Source: Ptychomitrium polyphyllum
Taxonomy: Eukaryota
Assembly: GCA_973851085.1 (NCBI GenBank)
Contig: OZ316775.1
Location: forward strand, 20,088,001 to 20,152,000
Length of the DNA: 64,000 bases
Direction of reading: 5' to 3'
The translations under genes were made by a program, and so were the position numbers. This document shows positions 12,939 to 25,573 of the stretch, in pieces; the stretch's first letter is position 1; each line of letters begins with the position of its first letter. Under the pieces are notes generated by a model that had not been told where the DNA came from, made no database searches, and worked only from the letters and a program-made list of their open reading frames with translations.

Positions 12939-13928
12939 CTGAAAACAACACAAACAACTTAACGTCATGAGATGCTAGATCAAAATATCATCTTCACGCA
13001 CAAACATTACATAAAATATCACTCACAAGGAAAAACAATTAAAGACCGTCATCAGACTCAGAAAGGAGTTCACGCATTGCTATCTTCTGAGGCAGCTGTA
13101 TCAAGCAATTAAGACGACGCATTAAAGCAAAGTAGAACCTCAAACCCTCCCATACCACCCTTGCGAGTTTCACAGCGAGATTTGTTCAAGCGTGACCGCT
13201 TTGACAAATACAGAGATGAGTAACGCTCACTGAAAAATTATATCTCGCAAACGAAGCATGTAAAGTCTCACTACCCAATCTCCTTCGGAAGTGTACCCTG
13301 CTTATTATTCCTGGAGATTCGTAAACAGAGGCTAGACCCCATTACAGTGGTGCTAAGCGCAGAAATTAAGGAAGCCTCCAAAAATCCTCGCCTGTTCAAA
13401 TGACAACAACTTTAGGCGCGAGGGTTCCACAGAAACAATTCACAGATACAGCTATCCGGACATATCAATCACGAAGCACTGACCGTCGTCAGCGTAAAAA
13501 GAGTTTCAACGGATGTTCAACTTTACAAAACCACCTTATCCTTTGATATCACTCACCCAACGCTCACCTTCCGATACATGACATTCTCTCAACCGAACAG
13601 GATACCAAAACATCCTCTACCTCCTTTCTCTGGAGTCCAGGTGGGAATATGACTCAGAACGATACAGCGAAGCTAGAAATAACTGACAATCCTTCGTTGT
13701 AGGATTGTTTCCGTGTCCGGAAACTGCCAAAACTGCAATCTTTGCAAATCGGCATCTCACAAATAAAAAAAGCCCTCATTTCGAAGATTTTGAACTTTCT
13801 TCAGGACTCCAAAGAGTTATCACCAACAGCCAGACATCCAAAGTCAATGTCGTGCAACTCGAGTAACCAAAACAACTCCATTCACATAAGACACACCCAC
13901 CACATTGCAGCAATCTCTTTCAACGTAC

Positions 13929-14327
13929 CATCCTCAAGAGGAGCTCGTGCTGCGAGCTGAACCTCTCGCCCTTCCGCCCCGACAGCGCCTTCCCATCAAA
14001 ATGCTCCGCGCTCCCCGACGAATGATCCGAAGCCGACGACGCCCCGCGCCCCGCCCCCCGCGCCTTCACGGGCTTCCGCTTCTTCTGCATCTGCTCCCGC
14101 GCGATCTCAATCAATCGCAACTCCTCGCGCGCCTCATCCGGCACGGACGGACACCCCGTAACCCCCGCCTGCCGCTTGTTGCCCAGCAAATGCGCCCGGA
14201 TCCGCATGGCATTCCCCTGAAACTCTTTGTCACAGTGGATGCACCGCACCAGCGTCGCCATGCCATGCTTCTCCGGCTCCTTTATCACTATCACATGGTT
14301 CCACTCCACTCCCTTCACCTTCACCAT
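13929..14327 (-). CDS. Exon encoding a BED-type zinc finger resembling a hAT transposase N-terminus
   Basis: EWNHV...RCIHCDKEFQGNAMRIRAHLLG...GVTGCPSVPDEAREEL fits the plant BED finger pattern W-h..CxxC..HL.G....C..VP. Followed by basic KKRK and a donor ATG|GTACGT at 13929. Confidence 0.8.
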
Positions 14328-17300
14328 CTCCGAATTCCCCCCCCCTCCACTTCCAACCTCCAAACCCTAAACCCCCAAACCCTCCCTCTCTCAGAAACAA
14401 AACCCTACACCCCTCACACCCGAGTCAGAAAGAGCTGGTCTACAAAACAATGCTAGACCTTCTGTAGCCCCCTCCCGAGAGGGCTTCTGCCCCATGCGCG
14501 CTCGAGGACTAAACCTCAAAGCCTTCCGCTGGTGCAATGAGTGCTCGTGCTTGAGAAAGCTGGTGGTCGTTTGGTGCTGGGGCTGCGGTGGAGACTCCTG
14601 TAGACAGGACCGCGAGGGGAATGATGGTGGTGTGGTGGTGTGGTGGTGTGGTGCCTGTGGCAATGGCGCTAGTGGTGGTGGGTCCTCCGGGGGTGGCAGC
14701 GATGGTGGCATGAGGGGGTGGTGGAGTGCAGTGCGGTGATGATGGCCTGACAAACACACGATCGTGCGTTCATTGTTTTGGCGGCTGTTTAGGGCTGCTG
14801 TTCGAACGGAGCGTGGTGCTCAAAGGCTGTACATTAGTGTGGGCTACAGCAATTGCCCTGAAACTCTTCTTTTGCTGAAGCAAAATCTACGTTTTTGGAA
14901 ACAAATCCATTAAAAATGATGGAATTTTTGGCTGAATTAAAGACTAAGTTTGTTGTATGAAAGTTTTGAGTCCGCAGCAATTGCACGGTTTGCTGTAACC
15001 TAGGAAGGGTTTTCTTGTTTGTCGTTTCTCTGGTCATTATAGAAAAGTAGCTCTTCAACTATTTTTTAAAATGAAATTTTGTTTTTTTTTAGAGGTGATG
15101 AAAGTTATGGATACCATTTTTGAGTATGAAAAAACGAACAAGAAAAATAGCTGGGGAATGCATGCTGTTGCTGCCAATTATCCTTCCAGACTGAGTGAAT
15201 ACAAATGGTCAACGCAAGCACATGGCTCTACTGTGGATACGTCTCGAATTCTCTAACAGAGGTCTGTTAGTGGCCTGTTTGTTTGTGTGAGCCGGGGGGT
15301 TGGTTTATCAACATTTCAGTTGCTTACTTCAAGGTTGATCTTTGTGCTTAAGCATACGATGGTTATTTGTTCCTTTAGGAACGTACAGTCTTCTACTGTC
15401 ACAAGGCTCTTTGAGTTTGTTTCAATATGCTGGCCGTCGGAACTTGCTCTTCATGCAATTTAACTAGGGGGTGTTGGAAGATCCATGCATAGGATTGACA
15501 AATGATTGTGAAGTGTATCCTAGGTGTTTTATCCGGACCGTACAATCCTGAATTCTACTTTTCATCAGGCAGCCCTTAGTAATATTGTGCCAAGCTGTCC
15601 AGACCTGTCACAGAGCAGGAAGAACACCACAGCTGCACGATCAATTAACCTATGTAGCCAGTAGTCAGTATTGTGTTGCGTGGTTTTTTGTTAACCTTAA
15701 GGTGAAGCAGTTTAAAGGATGCCAAGTGTATTCTGTTGAAATGGTTCAATCTCCTGCAATGATCTGAGACAATCATGTGTCGATACACCGAAGATGCAAC
15801 GGATGGTCTAGTTACGAAGTTAAATTTGGAAACTTCGAATAACCTGCAGAAGTTTCCACCCATCAACAGCAACCAGGATCACGTGAGTAGAGTTTCTTAG
15901 AAGGACGTGGACATCCATAAATATATATAAAAGTTCAACGCGGTGCCCCTTCTCTTTATTAATAGTCGTACCAACAATTCACGACGATGCCAATGCTGAT
16001 GCGGTATTTATTATCTTCACCTTTAGAGCCAAGATCTATGTAGTCCTTGAATTTGAACTGTCTGTGTTCGCAATCTACAGTATTTGTGATTCACTGGTCG
16101 TCAGCGACGAGGTTTACCCATTAGGTAATGTAAATATTTGAAAGCTTGATGCTTTCGTCTGGTAGCTACGATTCACTGTCTGTGGAATCTGGATTTGTGC
16201 CTATGTTAGTCTGTATCTTTTCAAGTAGGCTTCTGCGTGTACTCCAAGTCACTAGCACCTACCTTTCGGGCTTTGTGTAAGCTTATTGAATGTTTCACCT
16301 CTCAGCGTCATAAGCGCCTAATTCTGACAAAAATTTCCTCGCTTGAGGGAGACAGAATTGGAGTGACATTCGCTTCGGACATCGAGGACGAGGTGGCTCC
16401 TTTCAAGGTGTGTACTTGGTGAGCGTTAGGTCTATAGTTCATCAAGTTTGTGGAAAGAGGTAATTACTGAAGTGTACTAGACTTGGAGGAGAAGGTACTA
16501 GTTGTGAAACGGAGTTGTTTGTTTGTTGGCAGCTATGGAGATGAATCCAAAGATTCATGCGAGTTTTCATGAATTTGAACTGAACCGAAGCAGCAGTTGG
16601 AGGTCTTTGGTGTAATGCATGCTTTGAAGTTTGATAATACGTGCTTTCCGATTTCAAGTTCATAAAATTATATTATGTAGTTTTCAATGATCACTTCGAT
16701 GTGGGGTTGAATGAGAAATTTTCAATAATTGACAGGTTAGGAGCAAGAGGAGCTTAACTACTTGCGATCGAATTAACAAGGTGACTAAGTCACAACGTAG
16801 AAGCTGGATGCCAGCACAGCGTCGAGGCAAAATTAAGAAGAAGGTTGTCGCCAGTTGCCTTTTGGTGCTTGGGGCATTCTGTTGCTGCAAGTACGCAGAT
16901 GAACCTCAGGAGAACGATGAAATTACCATGGCCAAAGAAAGCTTCATAAACGTGGATCTTTAATCTATAAGGTATATTTAGTTGACAATTTTGCATCAAT
17001 TGCTAATATACTGGTCTTACGTTTTAGGTCCGGAATGGCCTCACCTGGTGTGATCTATTTAAGTGATCATGAAACACTGACGAAGGAGAAATTTCTATCA
17101 GGACATGGCATCCTCGTGTAGAGGTTGATTTTACATTTGTTCTTCCTTGGGTTCGCTCTTTTGCACTAGATCGTGTATAACACTCAATCATCGGTATGAA
17201 ACAAGCAATATAGTGTACATATTTTTCTATCTCCAGTGACCATTGTGCCTGACACCCTCTTTTTGAGTACATCCACTATCTGGTAGACGATTAAATTTGT

Positions 17301-19134
17301 GACACGACGATTCATATTATTTCATTTCCTGTTTAAGCTCAGAGAAGTACATATGTTGGTACATCAGAAGTAAAAGTAGCACGTACTCCGTGTTCGTTTA
17401 GAGTTATCCGTGTCGCACTCATACCGTCACCTTCACATCCTTAGACGATGGATCCTAACCCAGTGGAAGCTTAGTAGAGTCTATCCAGTCAGTGCTGTGC
17501 TCTTGATCAGTTTGGGCTTTCACCTGGCAACTAAAGCTTGACAGAAGATTTTACTGTGGTATGTGAGAAATGTCGATCATCAGTAAGCAAAACTTCCCTC
17601 ACACGTAGGCACTCGTGGTCAGCGTATCTACTGAATTTTGGACATGATTTACCAACCTATAGGTAGAGTGCATTAAGATAAGTCGACACACATCAGACTC
17701 AAAATTTTAACAGACTCGCAGCCAGGACATTATATAACCCTCTTAGAGTTGCGGAGCCATGAACATCTAAATTTGAGCATATTGGACGAACGCTGTACAA
17801 TTCTCGACAGATCATTCAACAATCCTTACATGAGGGGCAGAGCAGCACAGACAATTTGCCCGCTGGAGTTGTCTACCGTGAAGGAAGGGGCATAAGCCTA
17901 GCTCTTGGACCAGTTTGTGCATGAGAGAGGAGTGAGGGCAAGTTAATATAAGACGTCACGATGCATTACGAATCCTACGTCGTTGAAGCTTCTGAGGTGT
18001 GAAACAATTATCACGTCTTGAAGTCCGGAGTTCCCAGCAATGGAGTTGCTGGAAGCGTGGCGCCCTTCTGCAATCATCAGTGGATGAAAGTGCGCACCGT
18101 TAGGAAAATCTTTCAGAGATTTTACGGTATGGTAAAGTATTCTCAAACATTGACAGTGCAATTCTAATACGTGAATCAGCACAATTGAGGACGTATAGGC
18201 CATCAGTGTTTGACATTCAACTATTAGCAGTAGATAGGAATCTGTATACGGAAACTGCGACAATTGGCATGGTTTCAGAGACATTCACAGAGTTCAGGCG
18301 ACTCGTAACCTTACGGACATCACTTGCACCAAAGATCTCGGGCAGAGAACTCCACTAAGTCCAAAAATCATTCCCTTGCTCGCTTGCTGCTTCGACAGCC
18401 TATATGAAACGAAAACAATCATTCAAGGCCCTCAGAAGCTGAATGAATCTCATAACGTACTTCAGCAGTTGAATCAACTCACCCTCGCCTGCAAGAGTAG
18501 AAATTCAACAATAAATAATGGTGCACGTATGTGGTAGTGGATGCGTGTGTCTAGTTTTGTGACCTTGGTACACAACTCCCTCAATCTCAAGTACAAAACG
18601 ATTCTCAAGGAATTGAACCTATGGAAAATAGGAAAAGAAATAGTTCCTTTGAAAGGTTGTTCAGAGGGATCACTGAAGAATGTTACGCAGTTGTACAGTT
18701 TTACATACTACCGCTACCACTACTCAAGACCGTCTTCATTGCCCGAAGATTTCGTACATCAGTGTCAAAATCCCAAGAAGATATCATTCCCAAGACTTCA
18801 GCACCTGACTACGATTTGAATCAGCAACTAAAATTGTAGTCTGAAACTTACAGAATTTCCATTACTGAGCTCACACAGCGTACGTGTTTGTGTGGTATCA
18901 TTACTTTCTAAATACAAAAAACCAATTTGTGTATCCCATTTACGTGAGCTCAACTCCAATTCTGGAAGCTGAAAATATCTACTACGTTCACGCCAGGCTT
19001 GCACGAGACTCTAAACACAACAACAGCTTTCGGACAGGCACCATGCGAGCATCATGGATTTGAATATAGATGCTAACTGGTGCAAAGAGCGTTCATATCC
19101 TGCAAATAAGGTCCAAAGATAGGCGATGCAGCTT

Positions 19135-20306
19135 CTATGTTAAAGGTGTTGGTGGTGGAGCAGCAGGAGCCTCAAATGGTGGTGTTTTCCGGTGCATCAC
19201 AGATTGCGTAAAATTAGTGTCAACCACATTTCCAGCATTGGGAACTAAATCATCAAGATGTGTTCCCAATGAGTTTGAATCTCTAGCATCGTCAGCGGGT
19301 GAGTTTTCCCTAGTAGCCGTGTCAACCGCATCCTGCAATTGGGTCAAAACGTTACACTAATCAGGAAAAGGGACTCTGGAAAATACTTTCGAGAAACTAA
19401 AATTGTCCTTTAAAGTCCATCCAACTGGAGAAGGGTACAGTGTCCTTGGTTGGACAAAACAAAACATGATTTCCAGAAGCAGAGACCAAATGTAAGAAGA
19501 AAGTGGGCACACAACTCTTCGAGCACCAAAATCAGATGTCAAACTAATTTAATCTCCAGTTTGAGATTGAGAAAAGGATATCTATACAGAACTCTTCATC
19601 TGGAATCCCTTGCTACTATGTAGCTCATAAAATATTAAATCCAAAATAAAATCCCCGTTCCTTGAAAAACATTCACCCTAACACTTCGAAGAATTGTGAT
19701 GCCTATACTGGAAATAGACACAAAAATTCACGCTCTTCCTAAGCCTGAAAGTAGAATACTGCCTCAAAAATTGACAAATTGAAGGTGATACGTTACAGGG
19801 TGCTCATAGACCTCCGTAGCCTTAAAACCAGCGAACCGTTTAGGCAAAACAAGCGACACATCAAAAATGAAGAACCCCGTTGTTGAACACTGAAGATGTA
19901 ACCTTTCCAACACGTAATCTAATAAAGCACAGGCGTAACTTGAAAAACGAAATAGTACCTTGGTGAAATCTTCTGAGGGGTCTTCAGCATAAATCTTCTG
20001 AGCTAAGATCTGCTTCCGTCAACACAACAGACTACAAGATCAACCAACAAACCTCCGAGCTCAAACTGCAATACCCTAGTTTGTGATGAGCTCCAACAAA
20101 GACGATGCAACCCTAAAAGAAAAGAAAAACTCCCAAACCAAAGCATCCAAGATTACCATAGCGCGCTCCATTTTCATTTCGTTAAGCGTACGAGGCTCGG
20201 TATTGATAGACGGCTGTCGAATATCTGCATCCTTGTCGTTGTCAGTGCTCACCATCTGGCTCTCCTGCTCAGATTTCTTTGTACTCGCCATCGTGCTCTC
20301 CTGCAT
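19135..20306 (-). CDS. Small uncharacterised hydrophilic protein. Exons 20306-20157, 20009-19959, 19820-19797 and a last exon ending at 19135
   Basis: Four exons with canonical GT/AG and phase-0 junctions give a continuous ORF (MQESTMAST...EMKMERAM|ILAQKIYAEDPSEDFTK|ATEVYEHP|...KTPPFEAPAAPPPTPLT). No domain recognised. Confidence 0.6.
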
Positions 20307-20891
20307 GATTCCTAATGCCCTATTACTACAACAAAAACGACAAACTCAGTCAAGTCTACACCAAGCTTACAGATTCAGCTCGCTCCGCAGCTTAAAACCT
20401 AACCTTTGAGTGGAAGATGTTCTTGGTTATATAAACGTTGAACTGCATAAAACCATCTAATGTCAGTAATTTGAAGAACACTGAAGCTGCTGAAGTCGAC
20501 TATAGGGTTCACTACTGTAAGACTGTGACGGGGATTGCATGAGACAGAGAAGGTAGGTGTCAGAACGAAAGCAGGAATCCCAATAGGGAGCCACGCATCT
20601 TAGAACCGACACCCCAACCGCTTGAGTGAGCATCCAAGTGTCAAGAAATATATGACAGCATCCAGGTTCGTTGTCAGTTTCAGAACCTTGTTCCGGAACT
20701 TACGAAGGCTAGAGAACCGGCTAACTGTTAAAGGACTCAAATTCCAACGAGCGCTAGTCCGGGTATGAGCGGGTATGGTATGGCGAAGTCGTAAGGGGGG
20801 AATAGTGCGATGGCGAGGCTCTCTTGGGCGCTCGCAGTGCAGCCTTCCTTGCGCTGCCATCCTCCTCGTTGTCGCTACCGCGCTCGCCACC

Positions 20892-23304
20892 ATGCCGCCC
20901 AAATTGGACCCCTCGCAGATTGTCGAGGTCTACGTGCGCGTCACAGGTCAGTCACTCTCTGCCCTTCCGCTGCAAATGCCTCGTCTTCGTTTCGACGGTC
21001 TGTCAATTAGGTTAAGTGTTCTTCGCTTTGGGGCGTGTCCGGAGCGTTTCAGTTCGTGGTGGTGCACTAGCCGTGCTTCTCTATCTTATCACGTCGAAGC
21101 GTTCGGCGGATCTTTGTCCTCTGTTTGATGCTTTAGGGTTCCTCTGGTTTGGTGTCCGCCATCGATGATTTGGGATACGATCGGGGTTTTGCCGACGGGT
21201 GTCTAGGTTGGGTGTGCAGTTTTGTGACTTGGATGGCCATGTCGGAAATGCCTTAGCTTGGGGCGTTGTGGTTTTTGTTTGGAAGGCTGTGTGCATGTCG
21301 GCGTGTAGGGGAATGGGCGAGTTGAGTGCAGGTGATGCGAAACCTAGAGCCAACGCCTATGCTCCGTGAGGATTTGTAGCCGAGCTTTTTAGATCTGGTG
21401 CAGTGGTTCTGGTATCTCTTGTCCCTTGAAATACGCTTTAGTGATGTTCCTGTCTCTGGTGCAAGGCGTCGGTCTAGGTCAAAGTCGATGTCTAGTCGCA
21501 CTGATTCGATGCGTGGTCGGTCCGGGCCCTGGGATGGAGATATGTGAAGTTGCTTGGTCGGATGGATGGCGGGTGCTAAGCGGATACCCTGGAAGGATGC
21601 ATATCACGGAGAGGAACGAGGTGAGTGTAGAACCAGCTCCACGATGACGCCCGATATATGTTTATGGGATCTTGAGCGTGTGTTCAGTAGGGGACGTCTG
21701 CTAAGCGCACAATGCTTGCGTGAAGGAGACGGGGTTCGTGTAATGCTTTTGTCGCTACTTTTCGCAAGAACGGCAGTTTTGAAGAGTGTGGGAAGTGGTT
21801 GCGTGATTTTTGTGCCCATCTGGTCGTGTGGTGTGAAGTGGCTTACGTGCTGATCAACGGACTCGGTTATGTTTATTCGTGATTTTATGGTTTTAGTGTT
21901 TACTGTGGACGCAAAGATGAAAACCGAATGTGCGCGACAGCAGCCCTCGGGCTCTGGGAGAGCATGAAATACAGTTTGTATTCCCTGAGCGTTCATGTTT
22001 ATGTGCCAGCAAATGGCGAATGTGCGTGGTGTGTTTTTAGATATTCCCATTTGCTTTCCCACTTTTATGTATGGCATGGGCGCAGAGATGAGTACATGAA
22101 TGTGCGTGACAGCAAGTCCTCAGGCTCTGGAAGAGCAATTAGTACAGTTTGTATTCCCTTAGCATCCAGAGTGAGTGGTCCGTGTGCGCAACGACGTGAA
22201 AGTGAGAAGTGAGGTGCGCCAAGGGTTCATGCCCACTGGGTTTTGTGACCCAGTGGTACGCCTTGAAGGGGTTGTTGTTTGTGGGGCTGGTGTTTTTGGG
22301 GTGGTGGAGTTGCTAAGGCAGTCCTGGACGTCCTCCGAAGGGCGAAGGTAGAGTGCGCTTTCCATCCCCCTTCCTCGCTCAGAGAAGGAAGAATCACATT
22401 GCAAAGCTTTTCACGTCGAAGCCAGTGTTGGTTGGTGTCGTTTCGTTTCAGACTTGCTGATCACTCTTCATGCCGTTTAGATGCTCCAGTTGGAACCTGT
22501 CCTGGATTGGAAAACCCGATTTTGAATCCTTTCATAGAAGGAGGGAAATTGATGCTGCAGTGTGAAAACAGACAGACGATGTGATAAGGGGTTCCCTCTC
22601 GACTTCAGTTGCAGCCGTTCATTCTGTGTTTGCACGTAGTCATATTTTGTGAAGTTACATGCAGTGATTCCTTTTTGGGTACAATGGCGTGATGCAGGAG
22701 GAGAGGTGGGTGCCGCCTCATCCCTGGCACCCAAGATCGGACCTCTGGGTTTGTCGCCTAAGAAGGTGGGTGAGGATATTGCCAAGGAGACCGCGAGGGA
22801 CTGGAAGGGTCTGCGAGTGACGGTGAAGCTCACTGTGCAGAATCGTCAGGTACGGCATTTGGTGGTGAACATCACAGCATTGTATGAGCATGGGGATGTC
22901 GATTGCCTCGGGACGCCTCTGGCTGTCATTCCATCGTAGCGTCGGTTGGAAGTGGTGGTTGCGAATTTGCGTACCTTGTATTGACAATGTGATTGTGGAA
23001 TGGGGTGCAGGCGAAGGTAGCAGTGGTCCCGAGTGCTGCAGCGCTGGTGATCAAGGCCCTGAAGGAGCCCGAACGAGACAGGAAGAAGGTGAAGAACATC
23101 AAGCACAACGGGAACATCTCCCTTGATGACGTGATCGAGATTGCCAAGATCATGGCGCCAAGGTCGATGGCGAAGGAGCTGGCCGGCACTGTGAAGGAGA
23201 TTCTGGGCACTTGCGTTTCTGTAGGCTGCACCGTAGATGGCAAGGATCCGAAGGACTTGCAAACAGAGATCGATGACGGCGAGGTAGAGATTGCGGATGC
23301 GTAG
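20892..23304 (+). CDS. RPL12: 60S ribosomal protein L12 (uL11). Exons 20892-20946, 22698-22849, 23011-23304
   Basis: [48 protein letters not shown]...[31 protein letters not shown]...GCTVDGKDP is the canonical RPL12 sequence. Confidence 0.97.
21906..21995 (+). ncRNA. Candidate intronic C/D-box snoRNA in RPL12 intron 1, LSU rRNA guide
   Basis: Terminal stem TGGACGC/GCGTTCA, C-like box AAGATGA, D box CTGA at 21985-21988. The D-adjacent GTTTGTATTC is complementary to the conserved LSU rRNA segment GAAUACAAAC (recalled). Confidence 0.65.
22077..22168 (+). ncRNA. Second, probably degenerate copy of the same snoRNA
   Basis: Paralogous to 21906-21995 with identical guide TACAGTTTGTATTCC, C-like box GAGATGA and stem TGGGCGC/GCATCCA, but the D box reads CTTA. 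Confidence 0.5.
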
Positions 23305-25573
23305 CTTTAGTAGTGGATGTACACGACAACCCATTTCTGATGAATATGGAGCATTGTTTGAGGCGTGGAAGTAGGTTTGGGGTTTCTGTGAATTTGACAG
23401 TTTGCTTGTGATGATTGTCTTTTGGAGACTGGCGAATGAGAGATCCGCTGCGGGTGTAGATTGTTTTATCCGAAGGACAACTGGAGGAACATAGTAAGGA
23501 ACTGGAGCGGGGAGTTTAGCATAAGCAACCCGTTTTCAGGCAGTGGTTGGAGAAGAACAAAGGTTTGGGTTAGAATATACAAAGGGAGTCACCAGCTTGA
23601 CTAAAGTGCTTATTGTTTTATGGGTGTTGCCCTTATGAGGCTAGTTACATTATTTTGGATTGATTCAGTGGATATGAGGCCTCGGATTTTACACAATAGA
23701 CTCTATTCACGGTCGTCTCAAGCGAGGCCGTATCGTATGTTATTTTGTGATCTCGAAGTGATTTGAAATAGAGTGCTAGTAAATTACGTTACTTGTTTGG
23801 AATATGTGTTGAACGATTTCTCAGAAAAACAATATAGTAATTTATGGAAGTACTTTTTGAAGCTTTCATGATGACGTATTTGTTTGAGCTAAAATTGACT
23901 CTGGAAGTGAATTGGAAGAGCACGGGTTAGATTCCAGCATCTTGTCTGTAAATTCATTACCAGGGCTACCTGGGTTGAAGATATGGAAGTATCTAATTGT
24001 TTTTCGTTAGCTTGCTCTCGAGATCATCACAGAAACTATTCATCTAATCCTCGAAATAGGAGAAAAGGATTTATTTGCAGAGTTCTAGTTGAAATGAAAT
24101 TAGATGATTGACACGACAAAAGTGATGAATCAATGGCATCGCAAGGTTACACTCTTGACATTGGGCCAATGACCGAGAGTATGAGAAGAATATATGAACA
24201 TTGTTTTGGAGAGATAGCATGGAAGGTTATGGAGCCTTAAGTTTAAATTGAAATCAATTTCATTGCTTCAAGCCCTTGCTCCACAGAACTTTTTGGAGAA
24301 TTCACAAATACAAACTTTTTGAGTGACTTCAGATATGCACTAACTATGTCTGCTAGCACATAACAGATTCCCCGTTCTTCGTTTTCCATCCACAACACAT
24401 CCATGAATTAAGTATACTGAACGAGCGTCTCAATCACAGTAAACCTAAACTGTCATTCCCGTATTTGTACTTGCAGGCTCTTATAATTGCGCTCCCGTGT
24501 GAGATTCTGCATTGGTACCGTTATGGAGCAAAAGGAAAATTGCCCATTCTTACCTTCACAAATTGCTACCTTTCACGACCTAGTCATCGATGGCGTTGCT
24601 GGATTAGACTCTACATATGTAATAATCTTTTTGTATATTTTTTCCTAGTTCTACGTCATAGTGTGCACCTTCACTGTATTTTTCAAAAGCTATAAAAACT
24701 TTTTGGATTTTCTAAAAACTTTCAGTGTGTGAAAAGCTTTCAATAAATACCTTGCAAACGACACCTTATAAAACTTTAAAAAAATCTTAAGTGAAAAGCG
24801 CATAAAAACACCTTACGTAAGTTTGGTCATGTGACAGTTTAGTCAACTCTAGGGTCAGTCATATCAATACTTACGAGCGATAGGAATAACAGCATCCAGT
24901 TGTTCCAGTAGACATGAATCTTGTTTTCTTTCTCTAAAGAAATGAGAAAAAAAATTAGTACCATTATCAGCAACAAAGACGTTCCTCACCATATTCACTG
25001 TTTTGTTGTTGTAGATTTGTATTTATTAGATACCTGGATTCAAGATCCTCTGATGAAATAAAAGTCCATAAGAATCGTGTGCACATAAACGGTTGACTTC
25101 TTCAGTCTCACAAACATAGAAAATTTTTCTATTTGTCAGCCAATTCACTGACCGAGTAATTCACTAATCAGGAACACGTATTACAAACCTCACCATTTGA
25201 GCACGCTTTTCGGAGAGGAGAGATCTGTCTATTCTAACTACGTCTCTAAGTTATAATCCAAATTTTTCCTGCTCGTCAATCGAGTAAAATGCTTCACGCT
25301 TCCCCGTGTACTCTTGAATCACCTGACAAAATTTGATCTTCGCCAGCTTAAATAGAATTTCTAACTACAAAAGCGTAAAAACAGGAGGAAAGTCTCTTGA
25401 TGAATTCCCGCAAAATAGGTATAAAAACTTCCTTGAAGTAAGACTGGTAAGCGCTGGCGTTTCTTATGATCTTCTACAAAGTTCTCAAAATCTTTCCTGA
25501 AATCGCCAGTGGTGCTGCCCACAGAACACCTCGTATATCTCGCAAAAAAACTAAGTGAATCTTCCCGGTTCAT

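Noticed and set aside
13929..14327. Autonomous hAT transposon
   Set aside because: Only the BED finger is present. I saw no DDE catalytic core, hATC dimerisation domain or TIRs.
14391..14759. Pro/His-rich ORF as first coding exon of the BED gene
   Set aside because: I found no splice path joining it in frame to the BED exon. It may be leader or uORF sequence and remains unresolved.
17943..18284. Kinase-like HRD in the minus-strand ORF
   Set aside because: No other kinase subdomains (VAIK, DFG, APE).
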